Assembly: GCF_009914755.1 (NCBI RefSeq)
Contig: NC_060947.1
Source: the human T2T-CHM13v2.0 reference genome, Homo sapiens
Direction: 5' to 3' (one strand)
Length of the DNA stretch: 64,000 nt
The notes beneath the pieces are model-generated. The model saw only the letters and a list, made by a program, of their open reading frames with translations, searched no databases and was not told the origin of the DNA. This document shows, piece by piece, positions 1 to 16,320 of the stretch. A program made the position numbers and the translations under genes. How positions within the stretch are numbered: position 1 is the first letter of the stretch; every line of letters begins with the position of its first letter.

Positions 1-116
<116 letters not shown>

Positions 117-856
117 TAAGTGTGGATTGATGGGGCTGGTAGTTAGAAGGAAAAAGCTAGCAATTGCTGTCTGAATGTCTTCAGCCTGCTGATTCCTTTT
201 GGAACCAAATTGAGGGGATAAGTAACTTTGTGAGATTTTTATCACCCAAGGCTTAAATTATAATACATAGAAATTGTTGAGTACTCTTATTTTTTTTTCA
301 GATTTTCTTATTTTTTAAATTTATATTGTACTAAGCTACATATAACACAATTTGCCATTTTAACTATTTTAAGTGTATAATTCCATGACATTAACTATAT
401 TCACAATGTTAGACAACCATCGCCTGATCATCAAAGTTTTTTGATCACCCTGAGTATGCTACATGCGATTGTTTTTTGTTTTAATGAGTTAAAATAAAAA
501 TCCTGAGCAGACAGGTGTGTGTGCTCATATTTTTATTTTACCTAAGCCGGAACCCTTGGTCTTACTTCTCGACTGTTTTACCGGCTGCTACTTTTGTTCA
601 TTATTACTTCTTTTTTTCACTCTAATCCTGTGATAGGTTAATGTTTATATTACTTGTCATCTCTTGCCTGCAGTGTTCTAAATTGCCTCCCCACTCTGTT
701 CTCCATTGCCAGTCACCGTTCTCTCACCTCCCCACTCCATCTCTCCATGCTTGCTAATCTTCCTGCAACTGAGGCTCGATCCCATCACTCTTTAAGATTT
801 TAAGTGGCCCCTCATTACTAACAATCCAAGCCACTATGAGCAGCATTGTTTCTTAG

Positions 857-1180
<324 letters not shown>

Positions 1181-1339
1181 CTGAGAATGGTTTTTTTAAA
1201 CTTTCTTGTGTCTGTGCCTTGCACAGTGCCTGGCACATAATAGGTGCTAAAAAAAAATTGGGGTGAATGATTCTTGGTTTGGGATCCTGGAGTAAACATT
1301 CATAAAACCCATTTCATCCTTGTACAAGTACGGGAATAC

Positions 1340-1745
1340 TAGTCGCTATAACAGATCAACTCCCTAACATGATAGTTTCCTTCTTGTCCATGGCACACTC
1401 CAATGCAAGTGTTCTTGTTGGACTCATTTTTTCTAAGCAATAGTTAGGAGCTCAGATTCTTTCAATCTTTGGTGCTATATCTTTAACATGGGGTTTCCAA
1501 GATTACCTTGGAAGACATTTCAATTTTGGCCAGCCAGAAAAGGAAAAGAACACAGAGGATCACCCCTGGAAGATTTTTGTTAAGTCCAACCAAAAACTGA
1601 TGTACATTGTGTCTGCCCACATTTTAATAGCCAGAATTAAGCCACATGGCCACACTGAACTATGTGAGGGAGGCTGGGAAATGTAGTTCAGCTATGTGCC
1701 CAGAAAGAAGAGGAAGTGGATTTTGTTAAGTGCAACAGTCTATGC
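1340..1745 (-). mobile_element. Old MaLR LTR (MLT1J/K-like), degraded
   Basis: GCCAGAATTAAGCCACATGGCCACAC...GAGGCTGGGAAATGTAGT pattern typical of antisense MLT1. Confidence 0.6.
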
Positions 1746-1805
1746 CAGAGTCCTTTGACACTAATTCAGACCTATTCAGATAAGTTCTTAGTGCAGTTCT
1801 TTCTC

Positions 1806-2303
1806 GATATGGACTGAATTGTGTCCTCCCCAAATTCATATATGTTGAGGCCTAACCCCAATGTGATGGTATTTGGAGTTACCTTGAGGGGCACGTATTT
1901 AGGATTAGATGAGGTCACTAGGGCAGAGCCCTTACAATGGGATGAATGCCCTTATAAGAAGAGAATGCTGGAGAACTGGCCAGCATTTCCCCATGCGCAC
2001 GCATGCGTGCACACACACTCACACTCACACACAAAGAGGTCATCTGAGCACACAGCAAAGTGGTGGCCACCTACAAGAGAAGAGGCCTCAGCATGACACC
2101 TACTTTGTCTGCACCTTGATCTTGGACTTTAAGCCTCCAGAACTGTGAAAAATTTGTTTCTGTTATTTAAGCCACCCATTCTATGGTATTTTCTTTTCCT
2201 TAAAAAAATTTTTCCCCTAACCCACTGTGCCTTATAATATTTTTTATTTTTTTATTTTTTTTCATATGATATTTTGTTGTGGAAGCCTAAGCAGGCTAAT
2301 ATA
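1806..2303 (+). mobile_element. MLT1A-type MaLR solo LTR
   Basis: Starts TATGGACTGAATTGTGTCC..CAAATTCATAT; contains CACCTTGATCTTGGACTT..CCTCCAGAACTGTGA; ends GCAGGCTAATATAC. Confidence 0.85.
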
Positions 2304-2338
2304 CTCCTCCCTGACTAAAATTCTGCAATGACAAGTAA

Positions 2339-2572
<234 letters not shown>

Positions 2573-2734
2573 TAGGAGGTGGTTACTTACGTTGAATTAG
2601 GTCTCTGGATTCTGAAGATATCTTTCTTTGGTCTGAAGGATTTAGTCTTGTCATCAGAATTTGTGATCCAAAAGTTAACAATCACCTGTTTCTTTTCCTT
2701 TTTTTTTTTCTTTTCAAACTGCCAAGCCTTGGGA

Positions 2735-3095
2735 AAATCACCTGTTTAAAAGTTTAAATTGCTACACCTCAGAATCTCTGGAAGATGGAGCCTAAGATTC
2801 TACATTTTAACAGGTTCTCCCAGTGATTCTGATGCAAATTAAAGTTTTCAAGTCCATACTTTACAGTATGTGTTTGTCTGTTAACTATCGGCCCCTGTAG
2901 ATATAATGTGAAACCTTTAAACTGATTGTACACTTCTACCAACTTTAGTGTTTCTCAGTGTGCTCTGGACCTAAGGTTCTTATTAAAATGTAGATTCCTT
3001 TGCTCCATCTAAGACCTATAAAACCAGAGGTCCTGGAACCAGTATTTTAAAGTAATTCCCCAAGTAATTGTTAGAAACTAAAGTTTGAGTGCTCT
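2735..3095. mobile_element. MER5-type hAT-Charlie fragments (two copies)
   Basis: AATCACCTG..., CAGAATCTCTGG..., CATTTTAACAGGTTCTCCCAGTGATTCTGATGCA..AAAGTTT motifs. Confidence 0.6.
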
Positions 3096-3189
3096 TGCAC
3101 TAAAAGAACAAGGCCTTGCTTAATTAAAAATGTTCACATTAATCTATGAGCTTTTTGAAATTAATATGTGTAATTGGAGGATTATCATC

Positions 3190-4558
<1,369 letters not shown>

Positions 4559-4704
4559 TGAGTGCAGCCTCATGACAGGGAAACAGCACAGTGTTGCAGT
4601 TTTAAGAGGAAGGGCACTTGCCTGGCTGCTCATCAGTGTCTGCAAATTGGCCAGTCATCTCTGACCATATGATAGTAACCTGATTTCCTTTCTTGCCTTT
4701 CTAG

Positions 4705-4797
<93 letters not shown>

Positions 4798-4823
4798 TAG
4801 AGTAACTTCTGAGGCTTTTTGAG

Positions 4824-4829
4824 AATAAA
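4824..4829 (+). terminator. Candidate proximal polyadenylation signal
   Basis: AATAAA 26 nt after the stop codon, with U/GU-rich TTGTTT...TTGGTATTT downstream. Confidence 0.4.
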
Positions 4830-5767
4830 ATCCACCCCACCCTTGTTTCCCCTTGGTATTTGATGACAAATTCAGCAGAAGACCCGGCTTGCTCCAGTGT
4901 AGCTTTCTACATCCCACATCAGGTATATTAGAGCTTATCCGAACTGGGGAAAGACGGATTGAGATTAACTGCTGGGACCTCCTACCTGCATTATCTCATT
5001 CTGGCTTCCTTGATAATTCTGTGGGCCTTGCAGCTTTAACTATAGCTCAGCTGCTGCAAGATTTCAGACTTTTGAGGATGTTGTGTGAGGGTGTTTGACT
5101 GTGACTGGGGAAGCTCAGACTACTTTGTATGTGAATGCTTCAGGGTTTTCTTTGTTGAGAACAACTAGCAACAAAGGCAACCCATGTGTGACCAGTTCTC
5201 CCCAAGGTCTATGCTAAATTATAGCAAGAGCCCTGGGCAACCCCAAACCTAGTCCTGGTAGCTGAGCACCCTGTAAGGCAGGAGCAGGCAGCTCAGCTTG
5301 AGCAGACATTGGGTGGGGGGTGGGGGGTGGTTGAGGGGGGAGGCAGCACAGTGCAGCAAATGTTTCTTGGGAGGAAGAAGCCTGATCCATCACCATCTGC
5401 TTGACTATGTAGCTTGGATTCTCCTTTGTACCTATCCCTTTCGATTTGGCTTTACCTTCATCTATCTTGATCCTTTCCTGGCCAAATATCCTCTTGGGCC
5501 CAAATGAACATTGTACCATAGTCTTCTGGAAAGCAAACATGCTTCCTGCTATGTAATTGCTAACATTCATATTAGATGATGTGCTGTAGCTTGATCTTCC
5601 TTAGCCTACTGCCACTGAGGCAGTAGGTTTTAGGTGGTATCGTAGTGCCTTTTGATTAATTTAAGTATTTAATTTTCATCTTCCTTCTTTGGATCTATTT
5701 GGCCTCTCAAATGAACTGAGATTCCTGTTAAAAAAGATTGATGTTATTGTCTCTTGTAGAGGAAACT

Positions 5768-5773
5768 AATAAA
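5768..5773 (+). terminator. Distal polyadenylation signal of PRPS1
   Basis: AATAAA followed by GTGTGTGTACCTGTGTGATTTGGGGTCTGT (GU-rich). Confidence 0.85.
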
Positions 5774-6184
5774 GTGTGTGTACCTGTGTGATTTGGGGTC
5801 TGTATCATACATAATCTGTACTGATCTCTCTGCTAAAGGTTTGGTTTAGATAGATGTCTTGCTGTCCATTGATAGCTCTTATTTGTTTCCAAACTACGTT
5901 AGCTTCATTGTTAAACCAAGAGAAGACATTGGCAGCAGTTTTATTCAACTGTAAGACTAAGATGTCTGGAGTTTACTGAGAATGTGATAAGAGTGTAATT
6001 CTGTGCAGTATACCTAAATTATAGCATGTATAATGTCTGGTGGATCTCTGGTTCTTACTCCTGAAGATCCAAATTAGGTATTTTCTTATGGGAGGAGAAT
6101 TTCTGTGATTTATTCATTTTGAACTAATTTTGCCAAATGTGATAATTTCCTTCCATTCATCAGTAATTGACATACGTTTGGCAT

Positions 6185-7028
<844 letters not shown>

Positions 7029-7453
7029 TGAGTGAGTTTCTTGGCCCATCATCAAATAAGGGTGCTCTTTTACTTTGGGAAGCTACATGGCTACAGAGCT
7101 TCATGAAGAGTGCTTCCTTATTTGTGAAGCCCAGGTCTACTTTTGTTTATTTTGTTTTTGCTTTTGTTGGATATCGGGATATCTATTTTACAGCTAGCTC
7201 TTTGATAAAAGTGATTCAGGAGGGACTAAAGTATACTATGAAATGTGCGCCTCTAACCCTCTAGACCTCTTTAATCTCAGATTTTTGCTCTGGGAGAAGC
7301 TGATGTGAAGCACCAATGCCTTCACTTGCTCATCATGCTATTTCCTAAAGTATTGGATCAGTGGGTCAGGTCTCATTGTTACAGAATATTTTGACATTAA
7401 GATCTCTCTTGTGGGCCCCTTTGGGTAATTCATTTCCTAGGATGAGGTTTTGA

Positions 7454-7787
<334 letters not shown>

Positions 7788-8795
7788 TCAAAGCAGTTCT
7801 TGACTGTGGGGAATAGTAGCAGGAGCAGACCTGCCAGGGCATGAGGAGGAGGCAGCACCAAAGCTAAGTGGAGTTGCAGCGAGCACAGTTGACAAGAAAC
7901 TCTAGTTGTGATAGCTACATGATTGCCCTTGAACACCTGTCTGAAGAATGGAGGTACAGACTAAAGCAGGGGTAGGAGGCTGGCTCTGTTTCCTGACCTA
8001 ATGTAATGGCTGCTTTTCACACACAGAATGTGTTTACTCAACATCTCTATGAGTGGTGGTCCCCAGGGCAGTAATGCAAAGCTTCCTCCCCTCAGCCTCA
8101 CTTCAAGTTTTTTGTAAGGTAGGTGCCTCCAATAACCAGATTCCCTTTAAGAGGCCTCTTTGTTCTCCCCCACAACTGAGAACTAGTAAGGATGAGATGG
8201 CAGGAGGGCATGGCAATAGGAAAATGATGCTTTTCTGGGATTTCAGGCTTTTTATGATTTTAATGCCTTCAGGTTGTTAAGGGCTACATGCGATTAGTAT
8301 ACAAGTTAACACTTTCAGCAGAAAACACTTGGTATCCAAATCTGGAAAGAAGACCAGGACTAGCAGCCCCAACTTAGATGAAAAAAATCTTTTATAGAGG
8401 CACCAACTTACAGAGTTGCTGAGCTTCTTCTCTGGTCCTGAGAATGCAGGGAGGTGAGGGGGTATGACATAGAATGGATGCTGCTGTTTGAAACAAGTGG
8501 CTTCTGTCTTGGCAGTGGTGGTTTAAAAAGCAAGAGTGCTACAGCCAGAGATTCCCCCTCTGCTTTGCCTCCACTGTGTTTGGAGACTTGTTTTTCTCTT
8601 GCAGATTTTTTTTTTTTTTTTTTTTTTTTTACCACTCTGAGACTCCTTGTTTAAGAATAAAGCAAATTGTGCTCCAAATTATGGCAGATAAAGCTTGATA
8701 CTCTGTAAAATCTTGGCTCGAGCATTTCTTTTTGTGTTTATAACATTTACTTGACTCTTTACAACTCTTCAACTGCTATTTGTTGCTATAAAGTT

Positions 8796-9090
8796 TTAAA
8801 GTTTGGGTTTAAGACAGAGTCTCACTTTAGCCCAGGCTGGAGTGCAGTGGTGCAACCTCGGCTCGCTGCAACCTCCGCCTCCCAGGTTCAAGTGATTCTC
8901 GTGCCTCAGCCTTCTAAGAAGCTGGGATTACAGGTGCCCGCCGCCACACCTGGCTAATTTTTGTATTTTTAGTAGAGATGGGGATTCACCATGTTGGTCA
9001 GGCTCGTCTTGAACTCCTGACCTCAAGTGATCCACCTGCCTCAGCCTCCCAAAGTGCTGGGATTACAGGCGTGAGCCACCGTGCCCGTCC
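8796..9090 (-). mobile_element. AluS
   Basis: Alu consensus flanked by a TATAAAGTT direct repeat. Confidence 0.9.
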
Positions 9091-10075
9091 TATAAAGTTA
9101 TTTTTTAAAATAAGTGTTCAGTTCTAGGAGCCAGGAAATAAATAAATAAAATAGTGTGTGGGTGCGGTGGCTCACACCTGTAATCCCAGCACTTTGGGAG
9201 GCTGAGGCAGGAATGAGCCTGAGACTCAGAAACCTGCCCATGTGGGTGTGGCTCCTCCTTCCCTAGTCCTCACTGCTCATGGGCTACTGTATGCCCACTC
9301 CTTGGTCTACTGTCCCCCCACCCCGTGCCCTAAGGAAAACCAGAGACTCTCCACTGACAGTCAGACTTCTCTCCCCATCCTTCCCCTTTCCTGAGCTTTT
9401 CTTCCCCAATATATTCATTCCTCCAATAGCTCAGCTGCCAACTATAAAAAATAAGGGGAAGCTCATTTTGAAGCAAAAATAGCTGAAACTGTACAGGGTG
9501 ACAATAGGCCTTATTCCCTCAGCCCCATTGTGTTTTTTGTTGTTGTTTTCTGACTGGCTCAAGATTTTATCTTCTTAGCCAAGTCCCCACCCCTCCCCCC
9601 TCTGGCGTGTCCACTAACTGCTGCGGCTGGGTTCTTGTTGCTTCACCCATAGAGTTGCCATGAGCTCACTCATGGTGTGGCTCTGATTCAGGGTTTGAAT
9701 ATAAAACAAAACAGGCCAGCCAGGTCTGACCAATCCATTCCTCCTGGGTAATATGCTGAGCAGAGATTTTCCCGCTTGTAAGCAGCCTGGAGCCACACAG
9801 CCCAATTTTAGTCATCGCCCTCAAAGTTCTTGGGGTAGAGCCTCTAATGATAACAATGGGCGGGGACTTTGTGGTGTGGGAGGGGCTGCAGTGAGGCAGA
9901 GAAGGAGCACGGTGACGGGCGGGCTTCCCTGGCTAAAGCCTCATCCCAGCTTTCCCTAGGACTGGCTGCACAGCTGCCTCCTGGCTGAGGACACCCCCTC
10001 CCCCTCCACGCGCACACACTCGCTTCCTTTCCTGCCGCCGCCACCTGGTTCACAGGGCCTGTCACTGCTGTCCAT

Positions 10076-10094
10076 CTGCCACTAGGGGGCGCCT
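10076..10094 (+). promoter_or_regulatory. CTCF binding motif
   Basis: CTGCCACTAGGGGGCGCCT matches the core CCASYAGRKGGCRS at every position, within GC-rich unique sequence. Confidence 0.75.
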
Positions 10095-10254
10095 AGCAGA
10101 GAGGATGGAGGGAAGGGGCACCCAGGGCAACAGGACTGGGGGCTCCAGCAGTGGAAGGAGTGGCAGCAGTGGAAGGAGTGGCACCTGTCGGTCCTCCTGG
10201 CCCCCTCTTCCCCTGTATGTCCTCCGCAACCACGGGACAACACCGTGCCCAGTC

Positions 10255-11335
10255 CACACTCATTCAGCAGACAGGAATGTGTGCACGCCCTAAGGGCATA
10301 GCTCAGTGCATTTTCACACACCAAGCACTGTGCTAGACGCTAGGAATGCAGAAGCGGCCTAACGTGGTCCTTGACGCTGAGATGCACTTGATGTAGAGGA
10401 AGAAACAGATAGGGAAATGGGTAATTACAATGTGGTGTGATAAGTACTATGATGAGGGAAGAACAAAATGCTATGGGAGTGTGGGGGTTGCGGGGGGGCA
10501 CCCAAGCCAGCCTTGGGAGTCAGGAAAGACTTCCTGGAGAAAAATACTTTGACTTTTGAAGTAGTTGACTGGAAGTTGGCCAAAGAGCGAGTGAAGAGAA
10601 GGGTGTTTCAGGCAGGCAGAATAGCACGTTTACCTGGACACCCCAAAGGAAGTGGCGTGTGTGTGTGTGTGGGGGTGTGTGTGTGTGTGGGGGGGGTGTG
10701 TGTGTGTGTATTTTCGGGTAGGATGAAGAGCTGTGATGAGGGGTGGGCTGGTGAGACTAGATCATAAGGGACTGTATAAGGAGAGTGTACATATGTCTAT
10801 TGTCCCTGCATACTTATTACCAGCAACCCCCTTCACTCTCAAAAGGGTCCTGATTTTGGTAGTAAATTATACAGGAACCCTAATTGTAAGACACACTAGG
10901 GAGTTTGAATTTTATCCTAGGAGTGAAGAGGAGCCATTGAGCATTTTAAACAGGGCATCAACAGGATGAGATTTTGATTTTAAAATAGACTGGCAGTAAT
11001 GTGAAGAATGGGTTGGGAAGGGGCAAATGTAGAGGAAGGAGTTTGGTTAGGAAGCTGTGCGTTGCCCAAGTGGGAGAGGAAGGTGGCTGAGGTGAGAAAA
11101 GTGCTGGTGGGACAGAAGAACAATTTACAATATATTTTGGAGGAAAATTCAACAGAAGTTGGTGATATTTCAATGTAGGGATTGGAAGAGAGGGAGGAGT
11201 CAAGGACAACTTACATTTTTCTGGCCTGAGTGACTGATGGATGCTGGTACTGAGCAGCACAGGAGATGAGGCTGAAGTTTAGGAACTGCTAAGTTTAAGG
11301 TGCCTGAGGGACCTCACCAGGAGGACTGAACAGGC
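10255..11335 (-). mobile_element. L2 fragments interrupted by a (GT)n/G-run repeat
   Basis: Antisense L2 3' motifs (CAAGCACTGTGCTAG, CAGGAAAGACTTCCTGGAG, GAGCCATTGAGCATTTTAA, GAGGGAGGAGTCAAGGA). Confidence 0.7.
10655..10710. repeat. Interrupted (GT)n microsatellite with G runs
   Basis: GTGTGTGTGTGTGTGGGGGTGTGTGTGTGTGTGGGGGGGGTGTGTGTGTGTG. Confidence 0.9.
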
Positions 11336-11839
11336 AGCCATTGTAGCTAGTAGAGGTTTTGATCATCAATACATTTTTGCCCAAATGCCATCTTCAGATA
11401 GTCAAGAAGCTGAAGCAACGGGGCTGTAAACTAGGCCAGCCTTAAATATCCTGGGTGTTTGTCTTAAGAGGACAAGGACACAGTGGGAGAGGTTATGGAA
11501 TGGAAGGAAAGCTAGGGAACAGTGAAGAAATTAAGTGTATTAAATGCAGAAGATATAAATTTGGGTTATGAGATATCTAAAGGAGAAAAATAGAAGCCAA
11601 CAAAGAAGGCTCTAGTGCCTGTAATCCCAGCTACTTGGGAGGCTAAGATGGAAGGATTGCTTGAGCCCAGGAGTTCAAATCTAGCCTGGGCAACACAATG
11701 AGACCATGTCTCCTTCTTTAAAAAAAGACTCTAAACTTTAGAGTCTAAAGGAAAAAAAAATGGGTCTTTTAACAATTATAGATATTTTACAACAGCATCA
11801 CAGAAAATTTGGGAGATATGTGTAAGAAGCCTCACCCAT

Positions 11840-12753
<914 letters not shown>

Positions 12754-13204
12754 TCAATGAATTTTCAGACACTGAACATACCTGTCATCCAGATAAAAAA
12801 CCAGAAGTCCCCTCTTGTCCTCTTCCAGCCACTACTTTACTACACACAAGAGTAATCATTGCCTGGAGGCGTTTACCTGGCCTGCTTAGCAGTGGGCACT
12901 GACAGCTTGAGACCCACTCTGGCTCAAAGTTCTTTCCAGACTGTGTGTGTGCATATGGGTTCTTGCACATCTGTCTGACTTCCTCACCTAGGCACCTTAG
13001 GTTAGAAAGTTCTTCACAGACCTTGATTCAAATTTGAATTACATTAATTCCCAGAAGTGCAATGTAGTGGTTAAGAGTATGGGATTTGGAGTTGAACCTG
13101 ATTTCAAATCCCAGCTCTATAACTTCTTGGCTGTATGATCTATAACAAGGTAATAACAGCACTGACCTCGGCATGATGTTGTGAGGTTTAGGAGAAACAA
13201 CTCA

Positions 13205-13488
13205 GGCTGGGCATGGTGGCTCAGGCTTGTAATCCTAGCTCTTTGGGAGACCGAGGCAGGAGAATTGCTTGAGGCCAGGAGTTTGAGACCAGCTTGGGCA
13301 ACATAGTAAGAGCCTGTCTCTACAAAATATATATTTTTAATTATCCAGGCAAGGTGGTGCACATGTTAGTTAGTCCCAGCTACTCAGGAGGCTAAGGTGG
13401 GAGGATTGCTTGAGCCTAGGAGCTCAAGGCCGCAGTGAGCCATGATCATGCCACTGCACTTCAGCCTGGGCAACGGAGTGAGACCCTG
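13205..13488 (+). mobile_element. AluJ inserted in a MIR (MIR pieces ~13060-13200 and ~13780-13870)
   Basis: Alu consensus; MIR motif TTCAAATCCCAGCTCT upstream. Confidence 0.85.
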
Positions 13489-13778
13489 AGGAAGGAAGGA
13501 AGGAAGGAAGGAAGGGAAGGAAGGAAGGGAGAGAGGGAGGGAGGGAAAGGAAAGAGAAAGAAGGAAAGAGAAGGAAGAGAAAGGAAAGAGAGAAGGAAAG
13601 AGAAAGGAGAGAAGGAAGGAAAGAAGGAAGGAGAGAAGGAAAGAAGGAAAGAACGGAAGGAAGGAAGGAGAAAGGAAGGAGGGAGGGAGGGAAAAAAGGA
13701 GAAAGGAAGGAAGGAGAAAGAAAAGAAGGAAGTAGGAACAAAGAAAAGCAGAGAGAGAGAGATGAAGAGAGGGAGGAA
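13489..13778. repeat. GA-rich polypurine tract (expanded Alu tail)
   Basis: ~290 bp of almost pure A/G (GGAA, GAGA and GAAA units). Confidence 0.95.
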
Positions 13779-14990
13779 TTACGTGGTGAAGGATGAAGTG
13801 AACAGCGGTGCTTGGCATATAAGCCAGCCCTCAAACAAGGGTAAGTGTTACTATCCTTATTATTATTATTAAGGCTACTGTGAACACTAAATGATATAAA
13901 TTATGTAAATTACCTGATAAGGTTCCTGGCACTCAGTAAGTGTTAGTTCCCTTCCTTCCTCCCTTCAGGGGAGGACTAGGGAGTAAGTACTTTTTGTAAG
14001 TTTGTTCTCCTGGGTTGAAGGGAGGGAAGGAAAAGCTCCAAGGAGGAGAGTGGCTGTACTGTGGGTGGTGTCCTTCTCAGTACTTCCTGGGAGTATGCGG
14101 TGTGACAGCTCCCACCACCTCTCTCTGCCTCCCTTTGTGCCCCTACTCAGGACTCCATCAGCAAAGGCCTGGATGGAGCAGAAAGCAATGATGATGGGAA
14201 AGCCAGCCCCTCTCTACGGGTTGAGGTTCACTTGGCCCCATAGTTTGAACACTATTCTACTTCCCTCTCAGTATGGTGGAGTAAGGGCCCTGGAGGGCTC
14301 TGGGCTAGCACAGGTGCACATCCTAGCTCGGCCTCTGTGAGCCCTTTCTTCCCTTTGGCAAATGCCACTGACTGCTATGCCCAGGCTGCCTCAGTGAAGT
14401 CCCGAGATGGCTCCCAGTACCCCAATTTGGGGGTTCCTGGGAGAGCTTGTCACCAAATGTCCAAATACAGTTTGACATAACCTTCATTTTCAAACTATGT
14501 CACATTTCTGTGAGGATACAGTATCTTGAAATTAAACAGATCTAGGGCATTACAGTTCCACAAAGTTTTGGGATCAGCTACTCTCATAATTGAATGTAAT
14601 TTATGAACTCCTGATCCACCTTGTTCCTCTGCAGAGAAATTTGCTACAGCCTCTAGATTTATGAAATTGCCCTTCTCTCTGCAGACAGCAGAGGGCCTCA
14701 TTAGCACAAACTCAATGTCACTGGCAAATATATGGGAAGGAAAGTTTGCCAAGGTTCTAGAAGCACAGCAAAACTTTGATTAACATAAATAGGCAAGAAA
14801 ATTGGCCAGTCAGCTTAATTCCCTAAAAAAACCCCTGGATTTCCTGAGTTAATAGGGGTTGAGCAGAAGCTTCTTGCTGTTCCACCCTTTGTGGTCGAAA
14901 ATTCATCCAAAATTCCCAAATCCTCTTTGCTCCCTCAGCTGGTAATAGGGATCCTGGATAGAGTTGCCAGATTTAGAAAATAAAAATACA

Positions 14991-15912
<922 letters not shown>

Positions 15913-15939
15913 AAGAAAATAAAAATATAGGATGTCAGA

Positions 15940-16320
15940 TAACAGGTCTGGACATTATATATTGAACCATAAGACTCCGAAAGATGGAGAGAAGGCAGAT
16001 CCAGTAGAGACCTCAGGACCTGAGGCAGTGAGTTCCCCGGGTTTTCTTTTTGCCTCACATATCCCAGACTGGGTTCTAGAGAGACTGGCTACCCAGAAAC
16101 TCCAGTGGGTACACACAAAAAAAGCCCTAACAAAATCTGGCTCTCTCTAGGGAAAGGACCAGGCAAGAGGCAGCCTATCAAGACATAAAACCTTTAGACA
16201 ATAACCAAACACCACAAAGCCAACTGGCCCCACCCCACCCATGTCAGCAAGGGCCAAGTGGGAAGCCAGGTTACAAGAAGGTATTTCCAATCTCCCACCA
16301 GGTTTCAGAAAAGGCCAGTA
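15940..16320 (+). mobile_element. Old L1M 5'-region fragment
   Basis: GGGTTTTCTTTTTGCCTCACATATCCCAGACTGGG...CCAGAAACTCCAGTGGG. Confidence 0.5.

Larger units (their letters stand above)
4798..5790 (+). other. PRPS1: PRPS1 3' UTR
   Basis: Repeat-free sequence from the stop codon to AATAAA at 5768-5773, followed by GT/T-rich sequence. The exact cleavage site is estimated. Confidence 0.85.

Noticed and set aside
13384-13872. ORFs of 136-145 aa on both strands (ERK-rich or FLPS-rich)
   Set aside because: Low-complexity GA tract lacking stop codons.
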